This document shows positions 18,793-28,155 of a DNA stretch of 64,000 nt, piece after piece (the stretch's first letter is position 1; every line of letters begins with the position of its first letter). The notes under the pieces were generated by a model, which did not search any database, had not been told where the DNA came from, and was given only the letters and a program-made list of their open reading frames with translations. A program made the translations under genes and the position numbers. Source of the DNA: a virus (lineage: Duplodnaviria; Caudoviricetes); IMG/VR virus record IMGVR_UViG_3300042199_000463, positions 1-64,000 of that record; one strand, given 5' to 3'.

Positions 18793-20507
18793 TAGCTATT
18801 ATTCTCTATATTTGAAATCTTGTTTTCGAGGATTTCGACTTTAGTCAGCAGTTCTTTTATTGCTGCGGCGAGTAACGGGGTTAATTTCCCGTAATCAACA
18901 GCTAACATTGCATCAGTATCTTCGAATTTAGAAACTGCTGACGGCCAAACCTTCAATAGTTCCTGAGCAACAAAGCCAACACCGTTTGACTGGTCTTTCT
19001 TCCAAGTCCACGTTCTCGGCTGTAAACATTTTACTAACTCTGACGCATTGTCTAGGTTATTAATGTTTTCTTTCAATCGTTCATCAGACGATGTTGCGTA
19101 ATTTACCGCGCTGGTACCGTTTCCGTGAATAGCCCCTGTCCGAGTGTTGATTCCATCGCCATCATAAAATCTGATGTATTCCGCCGCAGTAAATGTTCCC
19201 GATCCCACTAAGCCAACACTCAGCGCTGTCGTGGAAGTATTATCCGTTGAGTTGGAATTTCTAACATCTAGGATAGCTGTTCCATTTGTATTACTGCTTG
19301 CGGAGAATTGATTCCCTACAACGGATGACACTAGTGCCGATCCGCTATTAGATAGTCCCGACGTTGAAATTGATGAAGAGAATGTTGCTGCGGAAGAAAA
19401 TGTTTTTGCTCCAGCGAAGGTTTGCGTAGTCGTACTAACCAACCCACTCTGCGTACTAGTAGCCATCCCGAACCCGACGGCCTGGCCGCCTAAAGCTGTC
19501 TCCGTAGGTACGGCTGCCCATGTGCCTGCTGTTGTTTGTGTGCTAATCAATTTTCCGAGCAAGCGCATCGGGACGTTGCTTCGCGCTGTCGTTGAGTAAA
19601 GAGTTGTCGCACTATCCGCTGCGCCCGATCCGCCTTCGGCTGTAGTTGTTTTTAATCCAAAAGTTTCGAACAAAGTCGAAGAAACAGCTAGTTCTACAGT
19701 TCCGGAGTTATCTATAGCGTAAACAAAAATGTCAGAGGCGATTCCGCTTGCGTGCCCGAGCGTTGATCCAGACGAAACCACTACAGAGAGAGAACCGGTT
19801 ACGCTTCTGGTGTTATAAGTTCCGTTTGTAGCCGTGGCGTTTCTAAATCCAATTTTTACCGGCGATCCTGCGGAAGGATCGCTTCCCGCTTTGTCTTTCA
19901 ATGCAATAGTAAGCGCACTTGATCCGACTGAGCAAGATATCGCTAAGTTCAATTGATCGGCTGACGAATCAAGCGTTGGAGTAACCGCTGCCCACGCAGG
20001 CAATCCGCCAGACACCGACAACGCTTGCCCGTCTGTACCAATAGGCAAACGAACGTTGTCAGTGCCGTTATGGTAGCTAATGTCGCCTGTTGTCGTAGTT
20101 GGCGCAAGCGCATCAAACGCTGCGGTTTGTGAAGTATTCCCAGTACCGCCGCGAGAAATTGGAAGCGTTCCAGTTGTGCCGCCATCAATCGGTAAACCAG
20201 TAGCGTTCGTCAGTGTTGCGCTCGAAGGTGTACCAAGCGCCGGAGTAACAAGTGTTGGCGAGGTACTAAGCACCACGTTTCCTGAACCTGTCGATGTTGT
20301 TACGCCTGTGCCGCCGTTTGCGACTGCTAAAGTTCCTGTTACGTTACTGAAATCGGCTGCTAGAAAAGTTTTCCACGCAGATCCGTTGTAGTATTTGGAA
20401 ATGTTGGATGTGGTGTTGAAGTACACAAGACCTGATGCAGTGCTAGCTGGGTCAGAAGCTAAGTTTTCAAACTGTGCGGCGATTAGTTGACTGTAGATGT
20501 AGGCCAT
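18792..20507 (-). CDS. Tail fibre with C-terminal intramolecular chaperone (Peptidase_S74)
   Basis: 571 aa; GTLAVANGGTG fibre repeats; C-terminal SDERLKENI...QPRTWTWK...GFVAQEL...VDYGKL plus coiled coil. Confidence 0.9.
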   Translation of the reverse strand: MAYIYSQLIAAQFENLASDPASTASGLVYFNTTSNISKYYNGSAWKTFLAADFSNVTGTLAVANGGTGVTTSTGSGNVVLSTSPTLVTPALGTPSSATLTNATGLPIDGGTTGTLPISRGGTGNTSQTAAFDALAPTTTTGDISYHNGTDNVRLPIGTDGQALSVSGGLPAWAAVTPTLDSSADQLNLAISCSVGSSALTIALKDKAGSDPSAGSPVKIGFRNATATNGTYNTRSVTGSLSVVVSSGSTLGHASGIASDIFVYAIDNSGTVELAVSSTLFETFGLKTTTAEGGSGAADSATTLYSTTARSNVPMRLLGKLISTQTTAGTWAAVPTETALGGQAVGFGMATSTQSGLVSTTTQTFAGAKTFSSAATFSSSISTSGLSNSGSALVSSVVGNQFSASSNTNGTAILDVRNSNSTDNTSTTALSVGLVGSGTFTAAEYIRFYDGDGINTRTGAIHGNGTSAVNYATSSDERLKENINNLDNASELVKCLQPRTWTWKKDQSNGVGFVAQELLKVWPSAVSKFEDTDAMLAVDYGKLTPLLAAAIKELLTKVEILENKISNIENNS

Positions 20508-22657
20508 TATTCAATCCCCACTAAACGGTACGAGCCCGCAGGCAATGCCGTACCCAAGGTTATAAACACGTTCGTCGTCGATGTCGCCCTAATCGGCACG
20601 TACATTACTTCGTAATCGTTTGTGTTGCTCTTAAGCTGCCATATGGCCTTGGTTGCGTCCACTCCTGAAACAGTCACGTTCTTTGTCGTGTCCGTTCCAT
20701 TCCAGACGGTATCCGTCTCATAACGATTGGCCCCGACCTTTTTGAAAGTCGTGCCAGTGTCCACGTAACAACTCTCGTCGGCCGTATTGTAAACAAGGCG
20801 GCCTCTGTTTTGTGTATTGGCAGAGGGGTTGACGGCCACATTCTCAAACCGCAAACCAAAGTATTCGCCCTTTGAGTAAACGTGACGAAGATTGTTCGAT
20901 GAGCCCCCAAGGTCTGTTCCACTCCAACCTCCCGAATAGCTAGCATCGGTGAAAGGCCGCAATGTATCCTTGAACTGAACAAAACCCTTTGTCGCATGTG
21001 CGGTTGATTCTAAATTTAAATTCTCACTAGCAGCGGTTCCGCCCTGAACACTCTGCCCGCCCGCACGTCCAGTAAGCATTACAAACTGAGTGTGCCCACT
21101 ATCCCCAGTAGTAAGTCCACTAAGACCACTATGCGAAATCTCAGTGTCCGGAGCAGAAGCAAGCCACTGGCTACCGTCATAAAATAATGCGTCACCCGAC
21201 TGCGCAGGAAGAGTCCGCCCCGCATCCCTATACGGAGCGGACCGTAACGTCAGAAGGTCCGTTATTGTAATTTCAGAAGCACCACCGATAGCTCCGTCAA
21301 TCCAGAGCTTGTTCCATACGTTGCCCGTCTTTCCGATGTCAAAGCTGGAATCGGTCCCCGGAAATACTCCGGAGTCAAATCGCGAAAGTCCCGTACCATT
21401 TGGCGCAAGAATGAGATTACCGTTCGCGTCAGTCGTAGAAATCGTGTTGCCATTGAGATTTAAATTATCCACTGAGATTAAAGAGCCCGTACCGGAAACA
21501 GTCAACGAGCCGTTCGTTACCGTTACATTCGCGTCCGAAACTGCAACATCGGCAGTTACAAAATCCGTATCAAAATGATGGCGGATCTTTCCTGTGCCAT
21601 CTGCGTACAGATTCAAATTTCCGTTTACGTCTGTTGCTCGTATTTCGTTGTCCTGAATGCGGACATTGTCGACAAACACCTTGCCGAAAGTGCCTTCTCC
21701 GGTTGTCGTTATGTTCAACGCATTGAACGACACCGTTGCCGATAAGGACGCAATATTGCCATTTGTAAATGTAAAATCAGCTATAGTCGTACTTGCTGCG
21801 AAAGCAGAAGCAGAACCCGTAGCAGAAACAGAGTTGAATGTACCAACTCCGGTTGTTGTCAAATTTTCGTTGCTGAAGTTTATTGTGCCTGAGCTGTCCG
21901 TTATGGAGCCAGAGCCAAGTACCAACGAGCCGGAAGTTACAGTCCCAGTGGTGCTCAAGTTTTCATTGTCGAAGCTAATTGACCCAGAGCTATCAGTAAT
22001 AGCACCGCCAACTAAATTCAACGTTCCTGACTGATATTCCTGCGACCAAATCTTTTTGAAACGGTTCGCTGTAGTGCCAAGATCAAATGTATTGTGCGAT
22101 ACAGGACGAGAGTTGTCACCAAACTGTACGTATCCAGTGCCAGCTCCAACACCGTCTCCACTGTTCGCAAAAAGAGTAAGGTTAGTATTAGCAGAAGCAC
22201 CACCGTAAATACTCTGGCCCGCGAGAGTCCCCGTAACAGCCACTCCGGATGCGTCAAGATCATCGTAGCCTCTTTGCTTTACGTAGATATCCTGCGTCTT
22301 TAAAAGAAAGCCTTGCAGAATGGAGTCAGTGCCCCAGTCAAGATCGTAAATCTTGTGCCAACTTGCAGAAGCTTCGCCTTCTCTCTGCTCCCAACGGTAC
22401 GATGCCGCTTTTCCGTCGCCGTCATCAGTGACAACACGCATGTCATTAATTGTGTTGCCAACAGCAGGCAACGCTGCTGGAGTTGCTACGGCAGGTAGCG
22501 ACTGCGGGTAAAGAACAGCAGTAATATAATCAAGCGCGCCAGAAACGGAACTTATTCCCGGCAACGCAGAATTTATGTACGCAAATTCATCGAGGGTATG
22601 GCGAAAAGGATGCTGATTTGCATTCCAGATTTGAAAACGAGAATGTTGAAAAATCAT
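20507..22657 (-). CDS. Tail fibre/spike-like structural protein (716 aa)
   Basis: Gly/Ser/Thr-rich with repeated GSITDSSG(S/T)I(S/N)F-NENL-TTG and NGNL-L units. Confidence 0.75.
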   Translation of the reverse strand: MIFQHSRFQIWNANQHPFRHTLDEFAYINSALPGISSVSGALDYITAVLYPQSLPAVATPAALPAVGNTINDMRVVTDDGDGKAASYRWEQREGEASASWHKIYDLDWGTDSILQGFLLKTQDIYVKQRGYDDLDASGVAVTGTLAGQSIYGGASANTNLTLFANSGDGVGAGTGYVQFGDNSRPVSHNTFDLGTTANRFKKIWSQEYQSGTLNLVGGAITDSSGSISFDNENLSTTGTVTSGSLVLGSGSITDSSGTINFSNENLTTTGVGTFNSVSATGSASAFAASTTIADFTFTNGNIASLSATVSFNALNITTTGEGTFGKVFVDNVRIQDNEIRATDVNGNLNLYADGTGKIRHHFDTDFVTADVAVSDANVTVTNGSLTVSGTGSLISVDNLNLNGNTISTTDANGNLILAPNGTGLSRFDSGVFPGTDSSFDIGKTGNVWNKLWIDGAIGGASEITITDLLTLRSAPYRDAGRTLPAQSGDALFYDGSQWLASAPDTEISHSGLSGLTTGDSGHTQFVMLTGRAGGQSVQGGTAASENLNLESTAHATKGFVQFKDTLRPFTDASYSGGWSGTDLGGSSNNLRHVYSKGEYFGLRFENVAVNPSANTQNRGRLVYNTADESCYVDTGTTFKKVGANRYETDTVWNGTDTTKNVTVSGVDATKAIWQLKSNTNDYEVMYVPIRATSTTNVFITLGTALPAGSYRLVGIE

Positions 22658-22669
22658 CGTTTAGTATCC

Positions 22670-22906
22670 TTAGAAGAGATCCCAAGCACTATTCCAAGTA
22701 CCAGTATACTCTTTCATGAATACAATTCGCGATGTCACGCCGGAAAAAGAGTACCTCACCACTGAGCAAGGAGTGCCGTTTTGAGCGTTGGCAGGAGCCG
22801 TGTACACATACTCGGAACGATTGTTCACATCGTACTCAATGTGCTGCTTTACGAGCTCGTTAACTTGTGTCTTTAAATGCCCCGTGTCATTAGGTGCTAC
22901 GGCCAT
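22670..22906 (-). CDS. Small structural protein (78 aa)
   Basis: Late operon; RBS AGGAG upstream. Confidence 0.6.
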   Translation of the reverse strand: MAVAPNDTGHLKTQVNELVKQHIEYDVNNRSEYVYTAPANAQNGTPCSVVRYSFSGVTSRIVFMKEYTGTWNSAWDLF

Positions 22907-22918
22907 GAAATGCTCCTA

Positions 22919-22936
22919 AATGGGGCCGAGGCCCCA
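22919..22936. terminator. Perfect hairpin between the decoration gene and the 78-aa gene
   Basis: ATGGGGC-CGAG-GCCCCAT inverted repeat in the intergenic space. Confidence 0.5.
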
Positions 22937-22940
22937 TCCA

Positions 22941-23411
22941 CTAGAATACGTAAAACACGTAAACGCTCAACTCACCGGCAGTTAATGCTGCTGTGTTGAT
23001 AGACAAAGACAAAGTCTTGTCTGCCGTGGTCACAACTGCATCCGCTAGAGTACCGAAATCCGGCACGCCTTGAATCTTCGCTCCAGAGCTGAAACTTGCG
23101 ACAGCTTCGGCGGCTAGAAGGTCGTTGGCGGCCTGCGAGTTTAGGTCAATCGTTGCGGAACCGCCTGATGTGAGCGCAGTCGTCACATGTACAAACGCAT
23201 TCAAGATCACTGCGCCTGATGGGATAACAAGAGTTGAAACACCGTCTTGATCTTTCAAGTTGATGTCACCAACCGCACCGCCGTCACGAGAAAACTTGTA
23301 GCTTCCTTTGACGCAGTTCATGTTCTTGTGCACCAAGTCGCCAAGCTTATTTTTAGCTGAAACCCAGTCGTTAGACTTGTTTAAGCCGTCTTTTACTGTT
23401 TGAGATAGCAT
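22941..23411 (-). CDS. Putative head decoration/cement protein of phage 1
   Basis: 156 aa directly after the capsid gene; IPSGAVILNAFVHVTTALTSGGSATI beta-rich motif. Confidence 0.65.
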   Translation of the reverse strand: MLSQTVKDGLNKSNDWVSAKNKLGDLVHKNMNCVKGSYKFSRDGGAVGDINLKDQDGVSTLVIPSGAVILNAFVHVTTALTSGGSATIDLNSQAANDLLAAEAVASFSSGAKIQGVPDFGTLADAVVTTADKTLSLSINTAALTAGELSVYVFYVF

Positions 23412-23433
23412 TTAAGTCTCCTAAAAGATGTGA

Positions 23434-23469
23434 GGGGACTGACTTGTCATGGACAGAGGTCTAGTCCCC
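23434..23469. promoter_or_regulatory. Extended stem-loop directly after the phage 1 capsid gene
   Basis: GGGGACT...TGTC-ATG-GACA...AGTCCCC nested inverted repeat in the capsid-decoration intergenic region. Confidence 0.5.
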
Positions 23470-23482
23470 GTTGGGTCAACTA

Positions 23483-24721
23483 TTAGTAGCTGATCGAGTG
23501 AATGATACCGTTGTGTCCGGGTTGCTCGAACGTGGATTCGCCGAACAAACACGCATCAACGATATACTTGAAGCCAGAGGTCGAACGGACTTCAAAGTAT
23601 TCTTTACCGTCTGGCGATGCGCGCTTTTTGAAACCGCCGTTGGTGTTGAATGTCATTGAATTCCAGTCGATGATTGGGATGATATCGTCGTCCATCTCTT
23701 GGATGCCGACCAAGGTCAGCGTACCTTTTACAGATGTGATTTCGATTTCAGTCCAGCCGTACAAAGACGCGCTCGGCGCTTTTGTAACTGCGAATGGCCC
23801 CTTTTGCGTTTCGATCAACTTCATGATCGAACCAAGGTGCTTGTAGGACATCAGGAATGTGTTCGCCATCCCTTTGGCCTTCTTGCGGACTTCGGTGTAT
23901 GCATCGAACAACTTATCAAGGATGTTGGATGCAGTGATCGAAGCACCGGATACGTTGACTGCTTGCAAGTGAGGCCATGCGAGCTTACTTACGTTGTGCA
24001 AGTTAGCTGTGCCGCCGTTTGCCGCAGACAAAAGTGCTTGACGAAGTGATGTGTAACTTCCGCCTGCGGAAGATAGACCATCATGGTAGCACTTCGCACT
24101 TTGTGCGGTTGTGTACGCAGAAACGTTAGCTGCTGCGCCGCCACGTGTCGATGAAACGGTAACTTCGGAAGAGTTAACGTTGATTGCGATGACGTAGTAC
24201 GCCGCTGCTGCGGTGTTGCCATCTTCCAAGAACAATTTCTGTCCGATTTGGAAGCGGTCGATCTTGTCAACAGTGATTACGCCACCGGCAGTGCCGTCAG
24301 CGGTCAATGTTGCGAAGTGTGGTCCCGATCCAAGTTGAACCGAAACAACCATCTTCATGTATTCCATCATGCGCTCAATTTCATCCGGAAGGATTTTGAG
24401 GAATGTGGATTCTGGAATCTTGCCGCTGTGATCCATAAGATCGCGGTGGTTGAATTGCAAGGATGCCCAGCATTCTACGTAGTCTGATACGTAGCCGCGA
24501 ACAAATTGCGATTCTGCAATGTCGGTGTCACCAGTTAGGCCACCGAATTTTAAAGAAGACGCGCCCGCACCTTTGAAGGGCACAATCAACTTGCCGCCCT
24601 TCCAGTCGTTGCGCTTTTTGATCTTCTGAAGGATGTAGTCTCGCTTGATGAGCTCTTCAAACAAAAGCTCGTTCGGCAAGTATTCGTTTAGCATATCTTG
24701 AAATGTACGATTGGTACTCAT
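23483..24721 (-). CDS. Major capsid protein of phage 1
   Basis: 412 aa; follows portal and scaffold; TFQDMLNEYLP N-terminus; no obvious similarity to the phage 2 capsid protein. Confidence 0.85.
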   Translation of the reverse strand: MSTNRTFQDMLNEYLPNELLFEELIKRDYILQKIKKRNDWKGGKLIVPFKGAGASSLKFGGLTGDTDIAESQFVRGYVSDYVECWASLQFNHRDLMDHSGKIPESTFLKILPDEIERMMEYMKMVVSVQLGSGPHFATLTADGTAGGVITVDKIDRFQIGQKLFLEDGNTAAAAYYVIAINVNSSEVTVSSTRGGAAANVSAYTTAQSAKCYHDGLSSAGGSYTSLRQALLSAANGGTANLHNVSKLAWPHLQAVNVSGASITASNILDKLFDAYTEVRKKAKGMANTFLMSYKHLGSIMKLIETQKGPFAVTKAPSASLYGWTEIEITSVKGTLTLVGIQEMDDDIIPIIDWNSMTFNTNGGFKKRASPDGKEYFEVRSTSGFKYIVDACLFGESTFEQPGHNGIIHSISY

Positions 24722-24735
24722 TTATATAACTCCTT

Positions 24736-25713
24736 TTAAACTCCGGCAGCGGCCTCAGCCATTCTGCGCAGATCGTCTAGTGATTTTGGTGTTTTCTTTA
24801 CGGCAGAAGCGCCTCGACCTTGGATATTAGGAAGCACGGGCTTACTATTCGGCTGCACAACTTTTGTTGTCGCGGCAGCAGAATGTCCATCCATGGACAT
24901 CGGAGCCTGCATCCCTACTATCCTCATGACCTCGCTGACCGCTTGTTCTGCGGAGATGTCTTGTCCGCTCGCTGCGTGCAGTTGACCACGTCGAATTACT
25001 TCCATACGAAACGCTCCCGGTTGACCTAACCGTGAGTCGAACATTTGCGCTACCGATGCAACGTCCGTGCGTGAAAGTTGCTGGTCAAGCTCAAACGTTC
25101 TTTGCTGAACGCGCAGTTGCTCGTTGCTTTGAGCTAGCTGCTGGTATCTTTGCTCCGCCTCTTCTTGCCTTTGCTGGGCCGCCCGCTGCGATGCTAAGTA
25201 TTCTTGTTGTTCAGGTGTTCTCTGCGCATATTCTAATGCGAAACGCAGCACCTTTTCAATAGGCAAGTCGAAAGCTTGGAAAAAACCCTCCAAGTCCCCT
25301 GCCTGAGCCATTCCTACGACTTTGTTAAGTGCCTCTTCGGTCTGCGTGTGTGTTTTCTTTAGTTCTTCGTACTGGGTCTTTATTGCCTGCCTATCGTTTT
25401 TCACATGCTCAAGCCCGTAAGCCTTGGCGTAGAGGTCTCTCGCCTTCTTCTCGGTATCGGCATCCTTGATAGATTTTTTCACCCACTCATCAAACTCAAG
25501 CTCTTGATCCATGACCTTGAATTTGTAGTTTGGAGAGTAGACGCTCTCGGCAGTCCCACCCGCAACCGCACCAGCCTTTGCGCTAGTGTCAGTTCCAGCC
25601 GTCTTCTCTGCCGCCGCCCCAACTTCTACACCCTCCGTAGCCACTGCACTGCCTGCACCAGTGTCCGCCGTTGCAGTCGTCTCATTTCCTTGAGACTTAG
25701 AAACATCCGTCAT
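24736..25713 (-). CDS. Scaffolding protein of phage 1
   Basis: 325 aa, Ala/Thr/Gly-rich N-terminus, Gln/Glu coiled coil, between portal and capsid. Confidence 0.8.
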   Translation of the reverse strand: MTDVSKSQGNETTATADTGAGSAVATEGVEVGAAAEKTAGTDTSAKAGAVAGGTAESVYSPNYKFKVMDQELEFDEWVKKSIKDADTEKKARDLYAKAYGLEHVKNDRQAIKTQYEELKKTHTQTEEALNKVVGMAQAGDLEGFFQAFDLPIEKVLRFALEYAQRTPEQQEYLASQRAAQQRQEEAEQRYQQLAQSNEQLRVQQRTFELDQQLSRTDVASVAQMFDSRLGQPGAFRMEVIRRGQLHAASGQDISAEQAVSEVMRIVGMQAPMSMDGHSAAATTKVVQPNSKPVLPNIQGRGASAVKKTPKSLDDLRRMAEAAAGV

Positions 25714-25724
25714 GCAAAACTCCC

Positions 25725-27815
25725 TTATTGCATTTGGGTTTGTAAATCAGGCTGCCCACCACGCTGAGCCATCAGCATGTTGGCAACCTGTGAAAGCTGG
25801 TGTTGATTCATCTGCTCAAGCTTTTCTGCGCTAGATCCCTGCGCATCCAAAGTCTTAATGAGCCAATCCAAAGCCTCGTAAGGCATGCGCACACGTTTTG
25901 GAGCCTTGTTCACATCATCACTAGGCACGTACATGTCGCAAGCCACCATCGCTCCACCCGTTGGCACACGCTCTTCATCAAGTGCTGCGGCTTTTGCGGC
26001 TTCGTCCGCTTGTTTTTGTAAATGTATCTGCTCGTATTTGCTGTAAAGCTCTTGTACTTCCGGAGAAAGCATCTGAAAGTCGCGTTTTTTCATCCGCGAA
26101 GCCACTTTTTGCAGTACAAAATTACTATCGTCTTTAGGTGAAATATGGGGGAATTCCCCACGTTCTAAGGCCAAAAAGTCGTTCTGAACGTTGGTTTCGT
26201 TCATCGTTAGGTCTTCAAAATCATCTTTCCAGTTACCAAACGGCAGGTTTTTAACGATTTTTCCGATGTCTTCACGTGAAAGCTGCTGGCCCACGTACTG
26301 AAGTATCTGGGTCACAGTCATTTGACGACCTAGACGACTTTCCAGCGACTCATCACCCTCCTCCACAACGATTTTGTAGCAAAGTGGCGAGCTATTTCTG
26401 AACTCCGAGATGTTTGCGATCTCATCTGTGCCAATCGCCTCGATCAACTCCTCATCGGACATGTACTTTCGTGCAAGCTCAAGTGCTGTGAACGTGGCAT
26501 CAATCCAAAACTCAGAGAACTTTTCCTGATAAAAGGAAAAGTATGACTGCTCCTTCATGGAGCGATACAAAAGTGTGTACGGATCAAGATTTGACTGCTT
26601 TTCACGGTCAATCTCATCGATAAGAAGGGCCGCACCCATCTCAATTACCTGACGGTCAACGTAGCCTTGGTATTGACTGCCGTCACGGCCCGGCAAGATG
26701 GTTGGCGGAGCTCCTTGATACGTTAGCCCTCGGACTCCGGGTAACAGGGCTCCCGGAGAGACCTTAGTACCGCTCTGGTAAAGCACTTTATCATCTCCCA
26801 AGGTAACTTGATGAAGTGCGGTTTGCGAACTCGCACGATTGATTTCACTTTGCCAAGGACGTGCGACCTTAATAAAACTTGTTGCTCTACATTTCGTTGG
26901 ATGCTCATCAAATCCCGCCCATTTAATAGGGAAAATACCGAATGGAAGTGGACCTTCCTCTAAAATACCGGCCTGCGTTGTGAGATAAAAGTAACCGTCG
27001 GGATATTCGTGACTCGGACGAAAGTAAAACTCCCGCAAACATACTTGGTCTTTTTCTCTTGAGTAACCCATGCGCTCAGAATCAAAAATAATGAAGTCCT
27101 CTTTCGACTCCACAAGATATTTTTGCTTCTCGTTGTCGCCTTTGTACTTTTCCTTCAGCTTTTTTAGCGGCTCAAGACGCTCAATTCCAATAAACGTAGA
27201 GCCCGCCATGGATTTTGCCGAAGTGTCTCTGAAAATCTGATGACCGAAAATTCTTTCCCACACAATCTCGCCTGTCATCACTGGCTTTGATTCATCTGGG
27301 ACAGGCTGGCCCATTTCATCAAGCACAGGCTCACCGGTTTCAGAAACTTTCCCTTCGTATCCTTTGAGATATCCTTTCATCGGATCGAAGTACATCCTCA
27401 GACACACCTCACCAATGCGGCAGTAGTCATCCGCACTGTATCGCAGCACACTTCGCGTTTTGTTTCTGTGTTTTAAGTAGTCGTTTACTTTTTTATTTAG
27501 CTCGGCGGTCTTCTGATCTTGGATGTTCGTAGGATTTTGGGGCGCTACGGTTGCGCCCTGTGTTTTAGATAAAATATGATTCACGTAGAGACGCAAATAC
27601 TTGTGTATCCAGTTTTTCGTGATGCGAAGCTTTTGCGTGTCGTTACTCGTCTCGACATTAGAACGAACTCTATTCCAACTCGATCCATTTCTTTTGGAGT
27701 AATGCTCTCCTGCGGAAAGCAAAATGTTGCTCCGCATTTCTGCATACGATTCTTTATCCGCTGATTTTCCGTCCGTGTATAATTGATTTAACTCATCAAT
27801 CTTAAGTGTCGGCAT
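25725..27815 (-). CDS. Portal protein of phage 1
   Basis: 696 aa (P22-type size) downstream of TerL; long Gln-rich helical C-terminus. Confidence 0.85.
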   Translation of the reverse strand: MPTLKIDELNQLYTDGKSADKESYAEMRSNILLSAGEHYSKRNGSSWNRVRSNVETSNDTQKLRITKNWIHKYLRLYVNHILSKTQGATVAPQNPTNIQDQKTAELNKKVNDYLKHRNKTRSVLRYSADDYCRIGEVCLRMYFDPMKGYLKGYEGKVSETGEPVLDEMGQPVPDESKPVMTGEIVWERIFGHQIFRDTSAKSMAGSTFIGIERLEPLKKLKEKYKGDNEKQKYLVESKEDFIIFDSERMGYSREKDQVCLREFYFRPSHEYPDGYFYLTTQAGILEEGPLPFGIFPIKWAGFDEHPTKCRATSFIKVARPWQSEINRASSQTALHQVTLGDDKVLYQSGTKVSPGALLPGVRGLTYQGAPPTILPGRDGSQYQGYVDRQVIEMGAALLIDEIDREKQSNLDPYTLLYRSMKEQSYFSFYQEKFSEFWIDATFTALELARKYMSDEELIEAIGTDEIANISEFRNSSPLCYKIVVEEGDESLESRLGRQMTVTQILQYVGQQLSREDIGKIVKNLPFGNWKDDFEDLTMNETNVQNDFLALERGEFPHISPKDDSNFVLQKVASRMKKRDFQMLSPEVQELYSKYEQIHLQKQADEAAKAAALDEERVPTGGAMVACDMYVPSDDVNKAPKRVRMPYEALDWLIKTLDAQGSSAEKLEQMNQHQLSQVANMLMAQRGGQPDLQTQMQ

Positions 27816-28155
27816 TTAGTTGTCTCCTGCTGCCCAAAAATCCATCAATCATCTCCTGCTCAAACGCAACCGGATCATCAACCATTAGTTGAGATACACG
27901 TGCGTCCTCAAGAAGTTGAGATTCCATAATGGAGGCCTTGGGCTCTTGTTTGGTTTCGTTAGGTGCGCCCACGCTTTCCGGCGATGGCAAATCGTACTGG
28001 TAAGTTTTTGGCAGGTCTTCTATGGCCAGACGACCCCGGTCGGCGAACTCCAACTCAACTTCGCCCATCTTAAGGGTCTTGAGATTGAAACGTGCGCCCG
28101 CTTCAATGATACGGCATAAATCTTTAGCTGACAAATCAGTTACCATACATCTCAT
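27802..28155 (-). CDS. Hypothetical protein between TerL and portal (117 aa)
   Basis: Co-oriented, overlaps both neighbours. Confidence 0.6.
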   Translation of the reverse strand: MRCMVTDLSAKDLCRIIEAGARFNLKTLKMGEVELEFADRGRLAIEDLPKTYQYDLPSPESVGAPNETKQEPKASIMESQLLEDARVSQLMVDDPVAFEQEMIDGFLGSRRQLNADT